Source: Yuukianura sp. NJ FZ-2021
Taxonomy: Eukaryota
Direction: 5' to 3'
DNA: 64,000 nucleotides
NCBI GenBank assembly: GCA_046563655.1
Contig: CM102287.1
Span: forward strand, 6,200,001-6,264,000
Numbering within the stretch: the first letter of the stretch is position 1; every line of letters starts with the position of its first letter. The position numbers were made by a program, and so were the translations under genes. Shown in pieces: positions 48,101 to 61,655 of the stretch. The notes beneath the pieces were generated by a model that worked only from the letters and a program-made list of their open reading frames with translations, had not been told where the DNA came from and did not search any database.

Positions 48101-51100
48101 CGCGTTTGAGTCTGGACTACGGAGATGATGGAACTGAACTGATCTGAAATTCTACGAGAGAACTGTATAGGAAATGAACTTCCATTTTTTGTAGAACATC
48201 TGAAGCTGTCCTGTTTCCAACTGGAAAAGATCGGAAGACATGGACGGAGGCTGGGACCGGGACTTGTCTGTGCTTCTACCCGGGTAAAATCCTTTTGACA
48301 AGAAGGGCTTCCCTCCCCTAAGTCCCTGCTTTTATTCCACACAGAGCAGAGGCCAATTTTGTTTCAACATGAAAGAACCTTCGGGGCTGGAAAAAATTCA
48401 CAGACAAAAGAAACCCCGAATCACAAAATGCATTTTGGTCTGTCTGGTTGAATCGAGGCAAAATGGAAGTTCGATTTCCACTGAACGCATCTAGCACTTG
48501 TAAAGTGGTTGGAACCGTGGGAAAATTTCGACAACAATGGAAGCATCAAATGATCAACCATCGTGACCTTTCGTTGGAGTAATCAAAGGTCATGGGTAAA
48601 ATTGATCAAAGAGTAAAATTAAATTGAACTTTTCAGAGAAATTGCATTAAAGCTTGTCAGGTTCAGGTTAGATTAGGTTTCTCGAAAGTGTAATATTGAT
48701 TATTGCTTTTTGTATTAGAAAGCATTTTTTTTTTCAAAAAAATGTGACTGCTGCTTGTTGACAGATGGTGAAGAACGTAGAAACTGGAAGCCGCAGTGCT
48801 ACAATACCCCAGGGAGTGCGTTCTACGGCCTGCCACAAAAGGCGTCACTTTCACTTTCACGTCAACCGTTCAACAAAACACGTTTCCCGCCTTTGATTTG
48901 CTCATTGATTGGACGCGCACTGTGAACCATGTTAAAATTGAGCTGGAAGCGACAGACAGGAAAGGATAAAAGTCAAACAACACCAAATCCAGGAGTTAGA
49001 AGGAAACAAAAGTCGGGAAATTCCAAATTTTTTACGAAAAACGAAGAAAAAGCTTCTTTTTCCTTTTAAATTGGCAAGCCGTGTGACTCTGACCTAACTT
49101 ATGTTGCGTACTAAGAAAATAAAAATGCTCAAAATCCGGACTAATAAGGTATTCTAACAAAAAATAAAATGGGAATTTTGTATAGTTATAAAATATACTC
49201 CACAAATTATAATAATCTTTGTAGAATCTTCTTTTTTGTTATGTTTAGTAACTTGAGACAAAATTGTGAAAGCTGAAACTTTCGCGTGCGTTTTTTCAGC
49301 CACACAACTTGAACTGCCCATACTTTACAATAAAAGTCACGGGAAAGTTGGAGAAAGCGTCCAAGTGGCTTCCCAGTGCCTTTGAAAATGGTCGTTTGAA
49401 CCTTAAGAGATAGAGCTGCTTAAACTTTCTACTTTCCAAATAGAAAAATATTTCGAAAACTTCAAAAAACTTGGTTGGTGTTTTCTTTTTTCCAGCATAG
49501 ATTTATTTTCCCATATTGCATTTTATTCTTACGCATGAGCAAAATTTGTTTTTCAAAATTTACAAAACAAGAAATTAGAAATTTAAAAATATGTAGTTAA
49601 GTAATAGGCTCCAGGTGTCCGGTTTTTTGAAATTTTGAAGAAAATTGAAACTGTCCAGAACATTGAACTTTAAAGTTTGAGAAAACGGGAGTTGTTTCTA
49701 AAAACATTCTTTAAAGAATTGAGTCGTCTTCATTTTCAGTTTTCAAACATAGGATTGGGAGTTCATTCGTTTGATTTTTTAAGAAGACAAGCGCTTCCTT
49801 TTATCGAGAGAGTGCGTAGCACATGCTGGAAATCCTAAGATTTATTATCGTAAATGTGTAAACGAACATACTAAAAGGGGAAGCATGCTTTTCCTTTTCA
49901 TTTTTTAAAAGAAAGAGTCTAAGAGTGACTCTATTACATAATGAGGCTGTTCCAAAACCTTGAAAAATCTGTTCTAAACAAGCGCCCTTTTTAAGCTTTT
50001 ACAGTTTTTTTTTTCTGAAAGTTGATGTTTGGTGGTCCATTTCCTTCCAATAATTTTTAAAACGCACTTCACCTAAACCACACCAATGACTCAAAAGAAC
50101 AACCCCTATTAACCCCTGTTTTCGTTTGAAAAAATAATGTTGTATGGCACTGCGTTTTTCGACTTGCTCAGGTTGATTGATACTAAGCAGGTTCCGTGCC
50201 TGACTCGCCATAACACGAACTCAAACCAAAATTAAAACAAAAGTTTCCAAAATAATTTTAAAATATAACACTTTTCAAAAAAATTTACTTTTACGTTTTA
50301 CTGAAAAGAGAAAACTACTCATAAAAATAAAATTGTGTACATTAGCAGTGAACATTTTCTAAAAACTTTTTTTTTGTTTCCATGTACCAGGGGACGCTGA
50401 AGTACAAAAGCTAATTGTAAGTTTAATTAATGACCAACCTGTTGTGCAAGTTAATTAGAAAGTTAATTAACAACCTAAAAAGTTGTATGACAAAAACAAA
50501 GTTTCTATTGTTGGAAATGATAAATTAGCGAAAATTGCTGCGAAATAAGAACAATAATTTTTTGCAACTTCTCATCGGATGTTGGCTGGGCGGGGCGGTA
50601 GGGTGTAAATTTATTTGAAATATACTGGCAAACTTTTGACCTAAATCTCAAAAGTTTGGAACTAGAAATTAAAGTTTTCTAGTGGAAAGTCAGCGGAGGA
50701 AGGGGAAATTGTAGATCCGGATTTGCCGAAAGTTTGATCTTTGACCCCAGGGATTCGCTAGCTGTTTCCTTACCGTCTAAAGTTCAGATTGCACTGAAGA
50801 TTAAAATCCAAGTAGGTCAACATAATAGAAACCTCCCACAAGGAATACTGTATTGAAACGCCAAGATGAAAGGAAAGGAAATCCTGGACATGAACATACA
50901 TTCTTCTGCTGCTGTGATTTCCTAGCGAGTAGGCGGATGCTTCATCCATCAGCGGAAGGAAGAAGCTAAGCAAAGTTTGTACTCCTGGCTTCGTCAATTG
51001 TTATTTCGAAGGAAACCTTATAAAAAACGAATTGGTTGACAGAAACTAATTGTTTTGACTCTGGAGACTCATTAGCTCTTCGTTTTGACTTGAAACACTC

Positions 51101-51689
51101 CAGCAAATGAATCCTACGACTACCAAATTTTTGAAGTTGTTTGAAAGGTCAAAAGGAGGTCAAACTACAGTTTCCAATTAATCACAAGCATGAGCAATGT
51201 CCTACATTCACTAAAACAATCAATCAAACGGAAATTACTTTTTCATGTAACCCAACCATATCCTAAGTAACTTTTTTTTAATTTTAAACGTTCTGGATAG
51301 AAATTATTGAAAACTGTGAACTCAAGGAGCATCCAAGGCCAATGTTCATACATATTTCAAAAATGTCACAATTTTCAAATTTGTTGTTCAAAATTACAAA
51401 GTTCCTGCTACAAATTGTTCAAAAACAAAAATATTAGATGCCACGTTTAGTTTATTTTGGTTTTTCTGATGCAAACCGAAAGCCAGCGGAATTCAAATTA
51501 ACGTTAGAACTAACTGCTAAATTTAGAATATCCGGATTACAATTGAAACTTCTAAAGCCAAATGGAGAACAAAGGATGACTGAAGCCAAATTATTTCCTT
51601 CCTGGGAGAGAAGGGAATTAATTAAAGCATGATGTTAAAACAAATGTCAATAGCAGAGGAAGTAGATAGCTATTCTAAAATTACCAAGT

Positions 51690-53509
51690 TCATTGCACTT
51701 TGTTCTTAGCTGCGACACTTTCGATCAAGTCTGCTGCAGCTGATTGGCTATTTGTAGATTGAATTCTTTTGGCAATCGAGGTCATACGTTTTTCCAAAAG
51801 TTTATCTGCCAGTAGTTTCTCAATACTGCCCAACAGCTCTGTTTCGGTAACCTCGTATGGGTTACAACAAAGCCCAAGTCCAGTTTCGTAAATCCTCTTT
51901 AAAAAAAACATGAAAAATAAAAATTTTAACATGAAAAATTATTGAAAGTGAAAATGCAACTAATTTTTATTTTAGTTACAGTTGCGTTGTCTAGTTGATC
52001 CCAAAGCATCGCCATAACCAGGACACGTTTGCCGTAGTAGAACGATTCCGTCACTGTATTGTTCCCCCCATGGGTAATAACAAGGTCGACTACCGGAATG
52101 ACCCTGGTCTGCGGAACACTTTTCTCTCCCCACATATTGTCAGCCAGGTCAAGTTCATCTCCCCGGGGTCCTAAAAGTGTTCAAAGTCCTGCAAATCAAG
52201 GTTCTTTGACAACCAGATTGTATTTCCTAAAATAGGTTGTCCAATAATTCAGCGTTTTCAAAAATCTTGCTTCGAACTACTTTTAGCACCAATCCCATTT
52301 AGATTACAAACAAAAAATTATCATGGAAAGGCAGATTTGCTACTTTCAAATTCAAATTTTAAAACTTCGAGTTATTAGACAACCTGGTGTAGACAAAGTT
52401 TTCTTTTTGTTTACGAACTTTGCTGGAATTAAGCATAAAAAATTTAACTTTTGCAGAATCTACCTTTTGACACAATGAATCTGTTTGGTGACTTTGCAAG
52501 GATTTTGATCAACCTTTTCATAAGGTCAATGTCCGCTGAACCAATTGTGCCAAGCGAGAAGTAAATGAGTTTGCCTTGACCTTCCTTAAGTTTTTCGGGT
52601 ACTTCGAAACTTCCCTCAGTGTTTCTTACGAAAGCGTCAAAACGATACAAATTCTTCGGTGGATTTAGTCGTATGTAATCCAGTTCAAATGGAAACATGC
52701 AAATGTTTGCCCAGGGACTGGGTTTGACTAGAAGCGGGTGCGAGAATTCTTCAAGTTCTGGCCCGCCATTTTCAATAAGCCATTTTTTAAATTTTTGAAA
52801 AAAGTCTCCGTACACCATTTCCTGACGTTTTTTAAATATTTTCCATTCATTCCTGTCTCCGTATGCGGAAAGCCCAGAATTCGATGGCGGGAGATTTATG
52901 TCCGGAAACATCAGCGGATTGCACGAGCAAGACAATATCCAAGGCGTCTCTGGAAATTTAGCAAAATGAATCAACTAAAATTCTTGCTCGAGACAGTTTC
53001 TGGCAAAAATATTTTATCCAACATTATTAAATATTATTATATAACCTAATTATTACGACGTAAAATTGAAACTGACTTTCGTTCATTAGTGCCGGAGTGT
53101 GAAGGACTTGATCAGCAACGACAACATCCGGCTTCACCCGCTCCATAATTCGTTTGAGAACTGCATCCTCTTTTTTGATTTGCTCAAACATTCCTTCAAA
53201 TGCGTCCAATGTCATCATCTCGTTTACTTGGTCACGTGATAGTATATCTGCACCAGCGAATTTTGCCATAAGTTTTGCGAATTCATCTCCATCGTCTTTT
53301 GCCGCCGATTCTTGCAACGTTTTCTCAGTTGTCACGTAGATCACTTCTTCAGCGAAACCCTGAGCTTCCAATTTTCCTTTCCAGTTCTCGGGCGTTGCAA
53401 AAACAACTTTGTGTCCGCGGTTGCGCAATTGTTCAGCTAGTCCGATACAGGCGTTTACAGGACCCACTGCACCAACTGGAGCAAACAGAAATGTGTACTT
53501 TTGTTGCAT
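51690..53509 (-). CDS. Bacterial-type (MGT/YjiC-like) GT1 UDP-glycosyltransferase, copy 1
   Basis: Motifs LAEQLRNRGHKVVFA, KPDVVVAD, LIYFSLGTIGS and VPQTRVIPVVDLVITHGGNNTVTESFYYG..WDQLDNA. Three introns; no signal peptide or TM. Confidence 0.92.
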
Positions 53510-54051
53510 GTTTTCCAAATGATTATTGGTTTTTGAAAATTGGGTGAGTATTTAATGCTCTTCGATATTCGACTGCGACAATGTTTTCAACTGCCTTGAA
53601 AAAAAATTTGTGTAAACTGACATCATATTGGAGGGTGCGGTTTCTACAGATTTAAAAGATTTGACCTTCACTTTATAACACTAAAGCTTGGAGCCCACTT
53701 AATTAAGACCACTCCTGCAATTTCAGTTGTCACTTGCCACTCTACTATTCCAGTTTTCTGAACTTTTCTGGACACTAATATGAATTGAAAATTCAGGAAA
53801 TATGAATTGAGAATTTAGTAAATGATTCCGAATGAAATAAGAATTGGAGCGAGTGCTTGTAGAAATGAAAGCGGTTTTACAGTGGTACGTCCTTTCGTTG
53901 TTTTAAATGATTTTCACACAATTAAAGCATGATCCAGACAAATACAGCAGTACATAACCTGTAAAAGTTGGCAAAATATGGAAGGAATAGAAAGGTTATG
54001 GAGTTTGCAAGTCGTGAACCAGTAAACTTAAAGTATGTTTAAATTGTTGTT

Positions 54052-55589
54052 CTAAACTCGGCATTTTGCTGCAATCTTTTCAATCAAATCTGCCGCTGCG
54101 GATTGGCTATTGGAGGACTGAATTCGTTTTGAAATAGATTTCATTCTTCTCTCCAACAGATCGTCGGCCAGTAGCCGCTCAATGCTGTTTAGGAGTTGGT
54201 CCTCGGTAACCTTATAGGGATCTAGACGCAAGCCCAAGCCAGTATCGTGAATACGCTGCGCATTATCTACGATTTTGAAAAATATGTTTCGCCATTATTC
54301 AAAGTTATACGCTGACACGGTCATAAACTTTTAAACTTTTAGGAAATTCTAACCGAGTTGATCCCATAGATGCCCTAGAACTAACGTCCGTTTGCCAAAG
54401 TAGAAAGATTCTGTCACAGTGTTGTTCCCCCCGTGGGTAATCACAAGGTCAACCAATGGCAGCACTCTCGTCTGGGGAACGCTATTTTCACCCCACATAT
54501 TGCCAGCCAGTTCGAGTTCATCTCCACGGGGTCCTTCAAACATTTAAAGTTGTCAAAATAAAAATAAAAATTTGACTTTTTATAAAATTTACCTTTGGAC
54601 ACAATGAATCTGTTTGGTGACTTTGCGAGTAATTTGATGAGTCTCTTCATGAGGTCAATGTCTGCTGATCCAATTGTACCCATAGAGAAATACACAAGTT
54701 TCCCCGGACCTGTCTTCAGTTTCTCCGGAATTTGAAAGCTTCCTTCAGTATTTCTTACGAAGGTGTCGAAGCGGTGCCAATTCGGTGGATTTGGACGAAT
54801 CGGAGTATAATCCAACTCAATTGGGTACATGTACAAATTCCCCCAAGGCGAAGGCTTGACGAAATTAGGAAAAGTGAATTCTTCTGTGGGCCCGCCATTT
54901 TCGATATTCCATTTCTTAATATCTTGCAAAAAATTTCGAAATACGTCGTTGGCTTTGTCGTTATAAATTTTCCATAGACTTCGGTCACTATCCTCTGCAT
55001 ACCCAGAATATGCTGGAGGGACATCGGGAGTCTTCGAAATTCCGATGGGGTTGTAAAGAACACAATGTATCCACGGAGTACCTAACGCCACCACCAATTA
55101 TCATTTCAATTCAATAATATTTATTATTCCTCTTAAATTATTGAAGTTACCGCTATCCATTAATGCTGGTGCGTGAATAATTTGATCAGCGATTACCACG
55201 TCCGGTTTTACTTTGTTCATGATTTCTTTCAACCTTTGATGTTGATTTTTGTTTTGGTTAAAAAGTTCCTCCCAAATTTCAAGATGCAAAGCTTCATGTC
55301 GCTCAATTGGTGGTAACCGAGCCGCAGCACAGGATTTAGCCAAAATCTGTGCAAACATGTCGCCGCGATTTTGTTGCTCTGTTGCATTCTTTGGACTTTC
55401 GTTTGACGCAGGCGCGTCTAACAATTCTTCGATAAAACCGAGCGCTTCCAGTTTTCCTTTCCAACTTATGGGCGTTGCGAATACGACCTTATGCCGCCTG
55501 TCACGCAGTTGTTCCGCTAATCCTATTAAGGGATTCACACTTCCTGTGGCGTCCATTGGAGCAAACAGGAACGTGTAACAATCTGCCAT
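54052..55589 (-). CDS. Bacterial-type GT1 UDP-glycosyltransferase, copy 2
   Basis: Same motifs, four exons. Checked intron 1 (55082-55150) and intron 3 (54267-54353), both GT-AG and in frame. Confidence 0.92.
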
Positions 55590-56780
55590 GATGTCTGAAA
55601 CAACACGGACTGAAATGTTCGCTCGAAAATGATTTTTGAATTCAAACTTTTCTTTTTTATACTTTTTTGATTTTATTTAAATTGATTACTGATTGCCTCC
55701 GCTGGTGCTGGACTACCAGGAATCTGGTGCTTTTTATAAGCAAACCATTTTTGTAACCGAGTCAAATTTTTGAATTGGAATTCGATGAGTACGTAAAAGC
55801 GAATCTAAGCCAGAGATAGTGCAAACTCGTGGAGAACTCAAGGTTAGTAACTTGTACGTTTACGTAACTACGCTTTAGTGCAATACGGAAAGCACGAAAC
55901 TTACCTGTCGAAGACAAAGAAAAAAAAACTAAAAATAAAAACTCGATAAACGCGTTAATTGAATTCAAATTCAGCAAAAACTTGTTGAAAGTAGCTCTTT
56001 TTATTTATAATGTGAGCTAAAGTACAAGGTTTGTCATGAAATAGCTATGCACGTTACATTGGAAAAAACAAAATCAAAGCAATCGAGGGTTCCATTTGTC
56101 TTTCTAAAACAGATTGAGGAAAACATCTCTTGAGTGTGTTTTTTTTTTTCATCCAATTCAAGGTCGAGACTTTCGTGTTTTGTTTCACGTGTAATTTTTT
56201 TTTCCAGTAAAGTCGACCATAATTTCAATTTGACACCATCAATTAAGTACAATAGCGTGAAGTGCTCTTTTTATATAATAATATTAGCAAGATTAAAATA
56301 CTTCTTTTGAAAATCATGACAGAATAACCCTGAACTTGGTTCAAAATGTTGCTCCTACTGGATTTGGCTTTCGCTTCATAACACTAAAAGCTTGGGGCCC
56401 ACATTTAATCTCCTGCAATTTCAGTTGTCACTTGCCAATCCACAATGACAGTTTTTTGTACTTTTTCCACAGTGTCTTCCACACCACAATGAATGTCTAC
56501 GAGACAAAAATGTGAAAATCAATATGAAATATGGATTGAGAATTTAATAAATGATTCCGAATGAAATAAGAATTGCAGAGGGTTGTGGAAATTAAAGTGG
56601 TTCATGGTACGTCTTGCGTTGTTTTAAATGATTTTCATACAATTAAAGCCTGTTACAGACAAACAGAGCAGTACACAACCTATAAAAGTTGGCAAAATAA
56701 GCAAGGAATAGAAAGCTTATAGAGTTTGCAATTAGCAAACTTAGTAACCAGTAAACTTAAAGTGTGTTTAAATTGTTGTT

Positions 56781-58319
56781 CTAAACTCGGCATTTTGCTG
56801 CTAGGTTTTCAATCAAATCTGCCGCTGCGGATTGGCTATTGGAGGATTGAATTCGTTTCGAAATAGATTTCATTCTTCTCTCCAACAGGTCATCGGCCAG
56901 TAGTCGCTCAATGCTGTTTAGGAGTTGGTCCTCAGTAACCTTATAGGGATCTAGACGCAAGCCCAAGCCAGTTTCGTCTATACGCTGGGCATTATCTACG
57001 ATATGGAAAAAAGTGTTTCTAAATTATACAAAGCATTATGCCGAAGCAGTTGAAAACTTTTGGCGTTTACAAGAAATTCGAACCTAGTTGATCCCATAGA
57101 TGCCCAAGAACTAGCATCCGTTTGCCAAAGTAGAACGATTCTGTCACAGTGTTGTTCCCCCCGTGGGTAATCACAAGGTCAACCAATGGCAGCACTCTTG
57201 TCTGGGGAACGCTATTTTCACCCCACATATTCTCTGCCAGTTCGAGTTCATCCCCCAAGGGTCCTACAAATATTTAAAATTGTCAAAATAAAAATAAGAA
57301 TTTAACTTATAAAATTTACCTTTCGACACGATGAATCTGTTTGGTGACTTTGCGAGTAATTTGATGAGTCTCTTCATGAGTTCAATGTCTGCTGATCCAA
57401 TTGTACCCATGGAGAAATACACAAGTTTCCCCTGTCCTGTCTTCAGTTTCTCCGGTATTTCAAATCTTCCTTCAGTATTTCTTGCGAAGGTGTCGAAGCG
57501 ATGCCAATTCGGTGGATTTGGACGAAGCGGAGTATAATCCAACTCAATTGGATACATGTACAAATTTCCCCAGGGCGAAGGTTTGACGAAACTAGGAAAG
57601 GTGAAATCGTCTGCTGGCGGCCCGCCATTTTCGATATTCCACTTCTTAATATCTTGAACAAAATCTCGATATACCTCTTTGGCTTTGTCGTCATAACTTT
57701 GCCATAGACTTCGATCACTATCTTCTGCATATCCAGAATATGGTGGAGGGGCATCGGGAGTCCTCGAGATCCCGATGGGGTTGTAAAGAACGCAAAGTAT
57801 CCACGGAGTACCTAACGCCACCACCAATTATCTTTTCAATTCGATCATATTTATTATTCCTCTTAAATTATTGAAATTACCGCTATCCATTAATGCTGGT
57901 ATATGAATGACTTGATCAGCGATTACCACGTCCGGTTTTACTTTGCTCATGATTTCTTTCAACCTTTGATGTTGATTTTTGTTTTGATTAAAAAGTTCCG
58001 CAAAAATTTCAAGATGCAAAGCTTCATGTCGCTCAATTGGTGGTAACCGAGCCGCAGCACAGGATTTAGCCAAAATTTGTGCAAACTTGTCGCCGCGATT
58101 TTGTTGCTCTGTTGCATTGTTTGGATCTTCGTTTGACGCAGGCGCGTCTAACAATTCTTCGATGAAACCGAGCGCTTCCAGTTTTCCTTTCCAATTTATG
58201 GGCGTGGCGAATACGACCTTATGCCGCCTGTCAAGCAGTTGTTCGGCTAATCCTATTAAAGGATTCACACTACCTGTGCCGTCCATTGGAGCAAACAGGA
58301 ACGTGTAACAATCTGCCAT
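56781..58319 (-). CDS. Bacterial-type GT1 UDP-glycosyltransferase, copy 3
   Basis: Very similar to copy 2 in exons, introns and flanks. Confidence 0.92.
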
Positions 58320-59102
58320 GATTTCTGAAACAGCAAGGACTGAAATTTTCCTAAAGAATGATTTTTAACTCAAACTTTCCTATTTTATACTTTTTTGATT
58401 ACTACTTAAATTAATTACAGAATGGCTCCGCTGATGCTGGAGTGGCAGGAAGCTTTACGTGTTTTTGCTTATTATAAGCTCACCATTTTTTAACAAAACC
58501 AAATTGTTGGATTGCAACTCTTTTAGATAAAAGCAAATCAAAGCCAGAGATAATGCAAAATTTTGAAAGTGACGAGAACTCAAGGTTAGTAACTTGTCGT
58601 TTTACTTAACTCGTTGTGCAATGCGGAGATCGTGCTGTATGTAAGTCCGCGTTTTTAAGCACCACACTTAACCTGTCAATCAGCAAAAAAAAAAAATTAA
58701 AAAATAAAGACTTGATAAACGGGTTAATTGAATCCAAATTCAACAAAAACTTGTTGAAAGTAAATCTTTTTATTTATAATTTGTAATAGAGTACAAGGTT
58801 TGTCATGAGATAGCGATCAATCAATGTTAGTAGATTAGAAAAAGCAAGATTAATGCAATCGTGGTTTCCAATTGTCTTTCCCGCACAGAATTGAGAAAAA
58901 CATCTCTTGAGTTTTTTTTTTCATCAAATTCAAGGTCGAGACTTTCGTGTTTTGCTTTGTTTAATTTTTTTCGAATAAAGTCGACCGTAATTTCAATTTC
59001 ACACCATCAATTCAGTATCATAGCGTGCTCTTTTTTATACAATATTAGCAAGAATAAAATACTCCTTTTGAAAATCATGATTAGAATAAACCTGAATTTG
59101 GT

Positions 59103-60984
59103 TCAAAATGTTGCTCCAACTGAATTATTCTTTGCGATGCTTTCGATCAAATCTGCGGCTGCAGATTCGCCTTTGCTGGATTGAATTCTTTTGGCAATAG
59201 ATTTCATTCTTCTCTCCAAGAGGTCATCCGCCAGTAGGTGCTCAATGCTGCGTAAGAGTTCTACCTCAGTAGCCTCATATGGGTCCAAACGCAAACCCAG
59301 GCCAGTTTCGTGTATGCGTTGTGCATTATCTAATGTTTTCAAAAAAAAGGCAGTATTAACCAAAACAACGTTTTAGAACTCTGGAATTTATAACAGATGC
59401 GAACCTAATTGATCCCAAAGATGCCCTAGAACTAGCGTCCGTTTGCCAAAGTAGAACGACTCTGTCACTGTGTTGTTCCCTCCGTGGGTAATCACAAGGT
59501 CAACCAATGGCAGCACTCTCGTCTGGGGAACGCTATTCTCTCCCCACATATTGTCAGCCAGTTCAAGTTCATCCCCCAGAGGTCCTAAAATGTATTCAAA
59601 GTTATCAAAATCTATTAAAAATTTGATTTTATGAAATTTTAATTTACCTTTTGACACAATGAATCTGTTTGGTGATTTGGCAAAGATTTTAATGAGTCTC
59701 TTCATGAGGTCAATGTCTGCTGATCCAATTGTACCCATGGAGAAATACACAAGTTTCCCGTGACCTGTCTTCAGTTTCTCCGGAATTTCAAAGCTTGCTT
59801 CAGTATTTCTTACGAAGGTGTCGAATCGATGCCAATTCGGTGGATTTGGACGAAGCGGAGTATAATCCAACTCAATTGGGTACATGTACAAATTCCCCCA
59901 GGGCGAAGGTTTCACGAAATTAGGAAATGTGAATTCGTCTGGCGGCCCGCCATTTTCGATATTCCACTTCTTAATATCTTGAACAAAATTTCGATACACC
60001 TCTTCGGCTTTGCCGTCATAAGTTTTCCAGAGACTTCGGTCACTATCTTCTGCATATCCAGAACAAGGCGGCGGGACATTCATGCGGGATATTCCGATGG
60101 GATTGTAAGTAACGAAAAGCATCCACGGAGTCCCTGCCGTCATAACAAATTTTGATACCAATTTTAATAATACTACCTTATAATCATTTGTCCGTCCGTC
60201 CGTCTGTATCATTGAAGAATTATATTATTATGAAGAAGAAACTACTAGACCAATTTCATTACGGTTTTCACCGAATGACATCTCACGACGGTCGTTCATT
60301 CACTATTGAATATCATCCGGATCTAGGACCTTCTACTAGGTGAAAGGTCAAGGTGATTGACCTTTTTAATATTAACCAGAAAAATAAACTAACAAAAGTT
60401 GTTCCTTTGACATTGAGATTGAGAGAGTAACTTTCGTATAGTTGAACCAAGTGTTTTTGACCTCTCCGAATTTGTCAAGGTCAACATTCTAACATAGTTC
60501 ACAGTATGCATGGGTAAGACTTAGCTTATTTATTGTTAAATTATTGAATTTACCGTTATCCATTAATGCTGGTACATGAACTAGTTGATCAGCGACTACC
60601 ACATCCGGTTTTACTTTGTTCATGATTTCTTTCAACCTTTGATGTTGATTTTTGTTTTGGTTAAAAAGTTCCGTCCAAACTTCAAGATGCAAAGCTTCAT
60701 GTCGCTCAATGGGAGGTAACCGAGCCGCGGCACAGGATTTAGCCAAAATTTGTGTAACCTTATTGTCGGCCTCATTTGTTTCTCCTGTTGCGTGGTTTGG
60801 ACCTTCGTTTGACGCAGGCGCGTCCAATAATTCTTCGATGAAACCGAGCGGTTCCAGTTTTCCTTTCCAACTCATAGACGACTTTGTGTCGCCTGTCACG
60901 CAGTTGTTCAGCTAATCCTATACAGGGAAGGACACTGCCTGTAACGTCCATGGGACCAAAAAGGAACGTATAACAGTCTGTCAT
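59103..60984 (-). pseudogene. Bacterial-type GT1 UDP-glycosyltransferase, copy 4, frameshifted in exon 1
   Basis: Relative to copy 2, gggcgttgcgaat is replaced by ag at ~60876 (net -11 bp). This splits exon 1 into ORFs 60772-60984 and 60489-60899. Later exons look intact. Confidence 0.8.
60170..60530 (+). mobile_element. Probable HINE-like insertion in intron 1 of UGT copy 4
   Basis: This intron is ~350 bp longer than in copies 2, 3 and 5 and contains a (gtcc)n microsatellite at ~60190-60207. Ends not precisely resolved. Confidence 0.5.
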
Positions 60985-61259
60985 AATTTCTGAAATAGCA
61001 CGAACTGAAATTTTTGTGCCAAAATTATTTTAAGTTCAAACTTTTTTTTACTTTGTTTGATTCCAAACTTGATTTTTGATTGCCTACTCCAGGGCAAGAA
61101 TGGCACAAAGTCTATGCATGCTTGTGATTTTTATAAGCATACCATTTTTTACCAATCCCAAACTGTTTGATTGTTATTCTTTATTACACATAAGTTAATC
61201 AAAGCCATATATATTGAAAAATTGTAAAAGTGCGGAGAACTCTAGGCAAACTATGCTTT

Positions 61260-61655
61260 TATTAAGTATCACTTGATACTTATTGGGATTGTCTTGTCCG
61301 TCCATCTGTACAGCTTATAATTCCGTAACCACAAGACCAATTTCTAAGCGTTTTTCTTGAATTAGTAACTGCTGACCTGATGACTAAAAATCATGTTTTG
61401 GGTTTAACTCAAGTGATCTCTAATAATGACAAAGGTGAATGCTCCCTTTACAATTCGGAAACCGATGGACCGATTCGGATTTCGGAAGAGGTTTGTGAGC
61501 ATGGATCATTGACGACGCGGAGACAATTATTCTGATGACCTCAAGTGACCTCTAACAATATCAGAGGTGAAGGTCAACAATATTCTGCAGGGGAATTCTC
61601 TATAACTGATCTGACGATACTTACTTGTATCGTCTTTGTAAGAAGTCTATTTAGC
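61260..61655 (+). mobile_element. Probable HINE-like element upstream of UGT copy 4
   Basis: T-run, then palindrome taagtatc-actt-gatactta (61263-61282) and a gtccgtcc microsatellite. 3' hairpin gacgatac-ttactt-gtatcgtc (61613-61634) overlaps the gatactta subTIR. Confidence 0.55.

Noticed and set aside
31000..51600. Many 60-140 aa ORFs in the central block
   Set aside because: No recognisable domains or consistent exon chains; consistent with chance ORFs in non-coding DNA.
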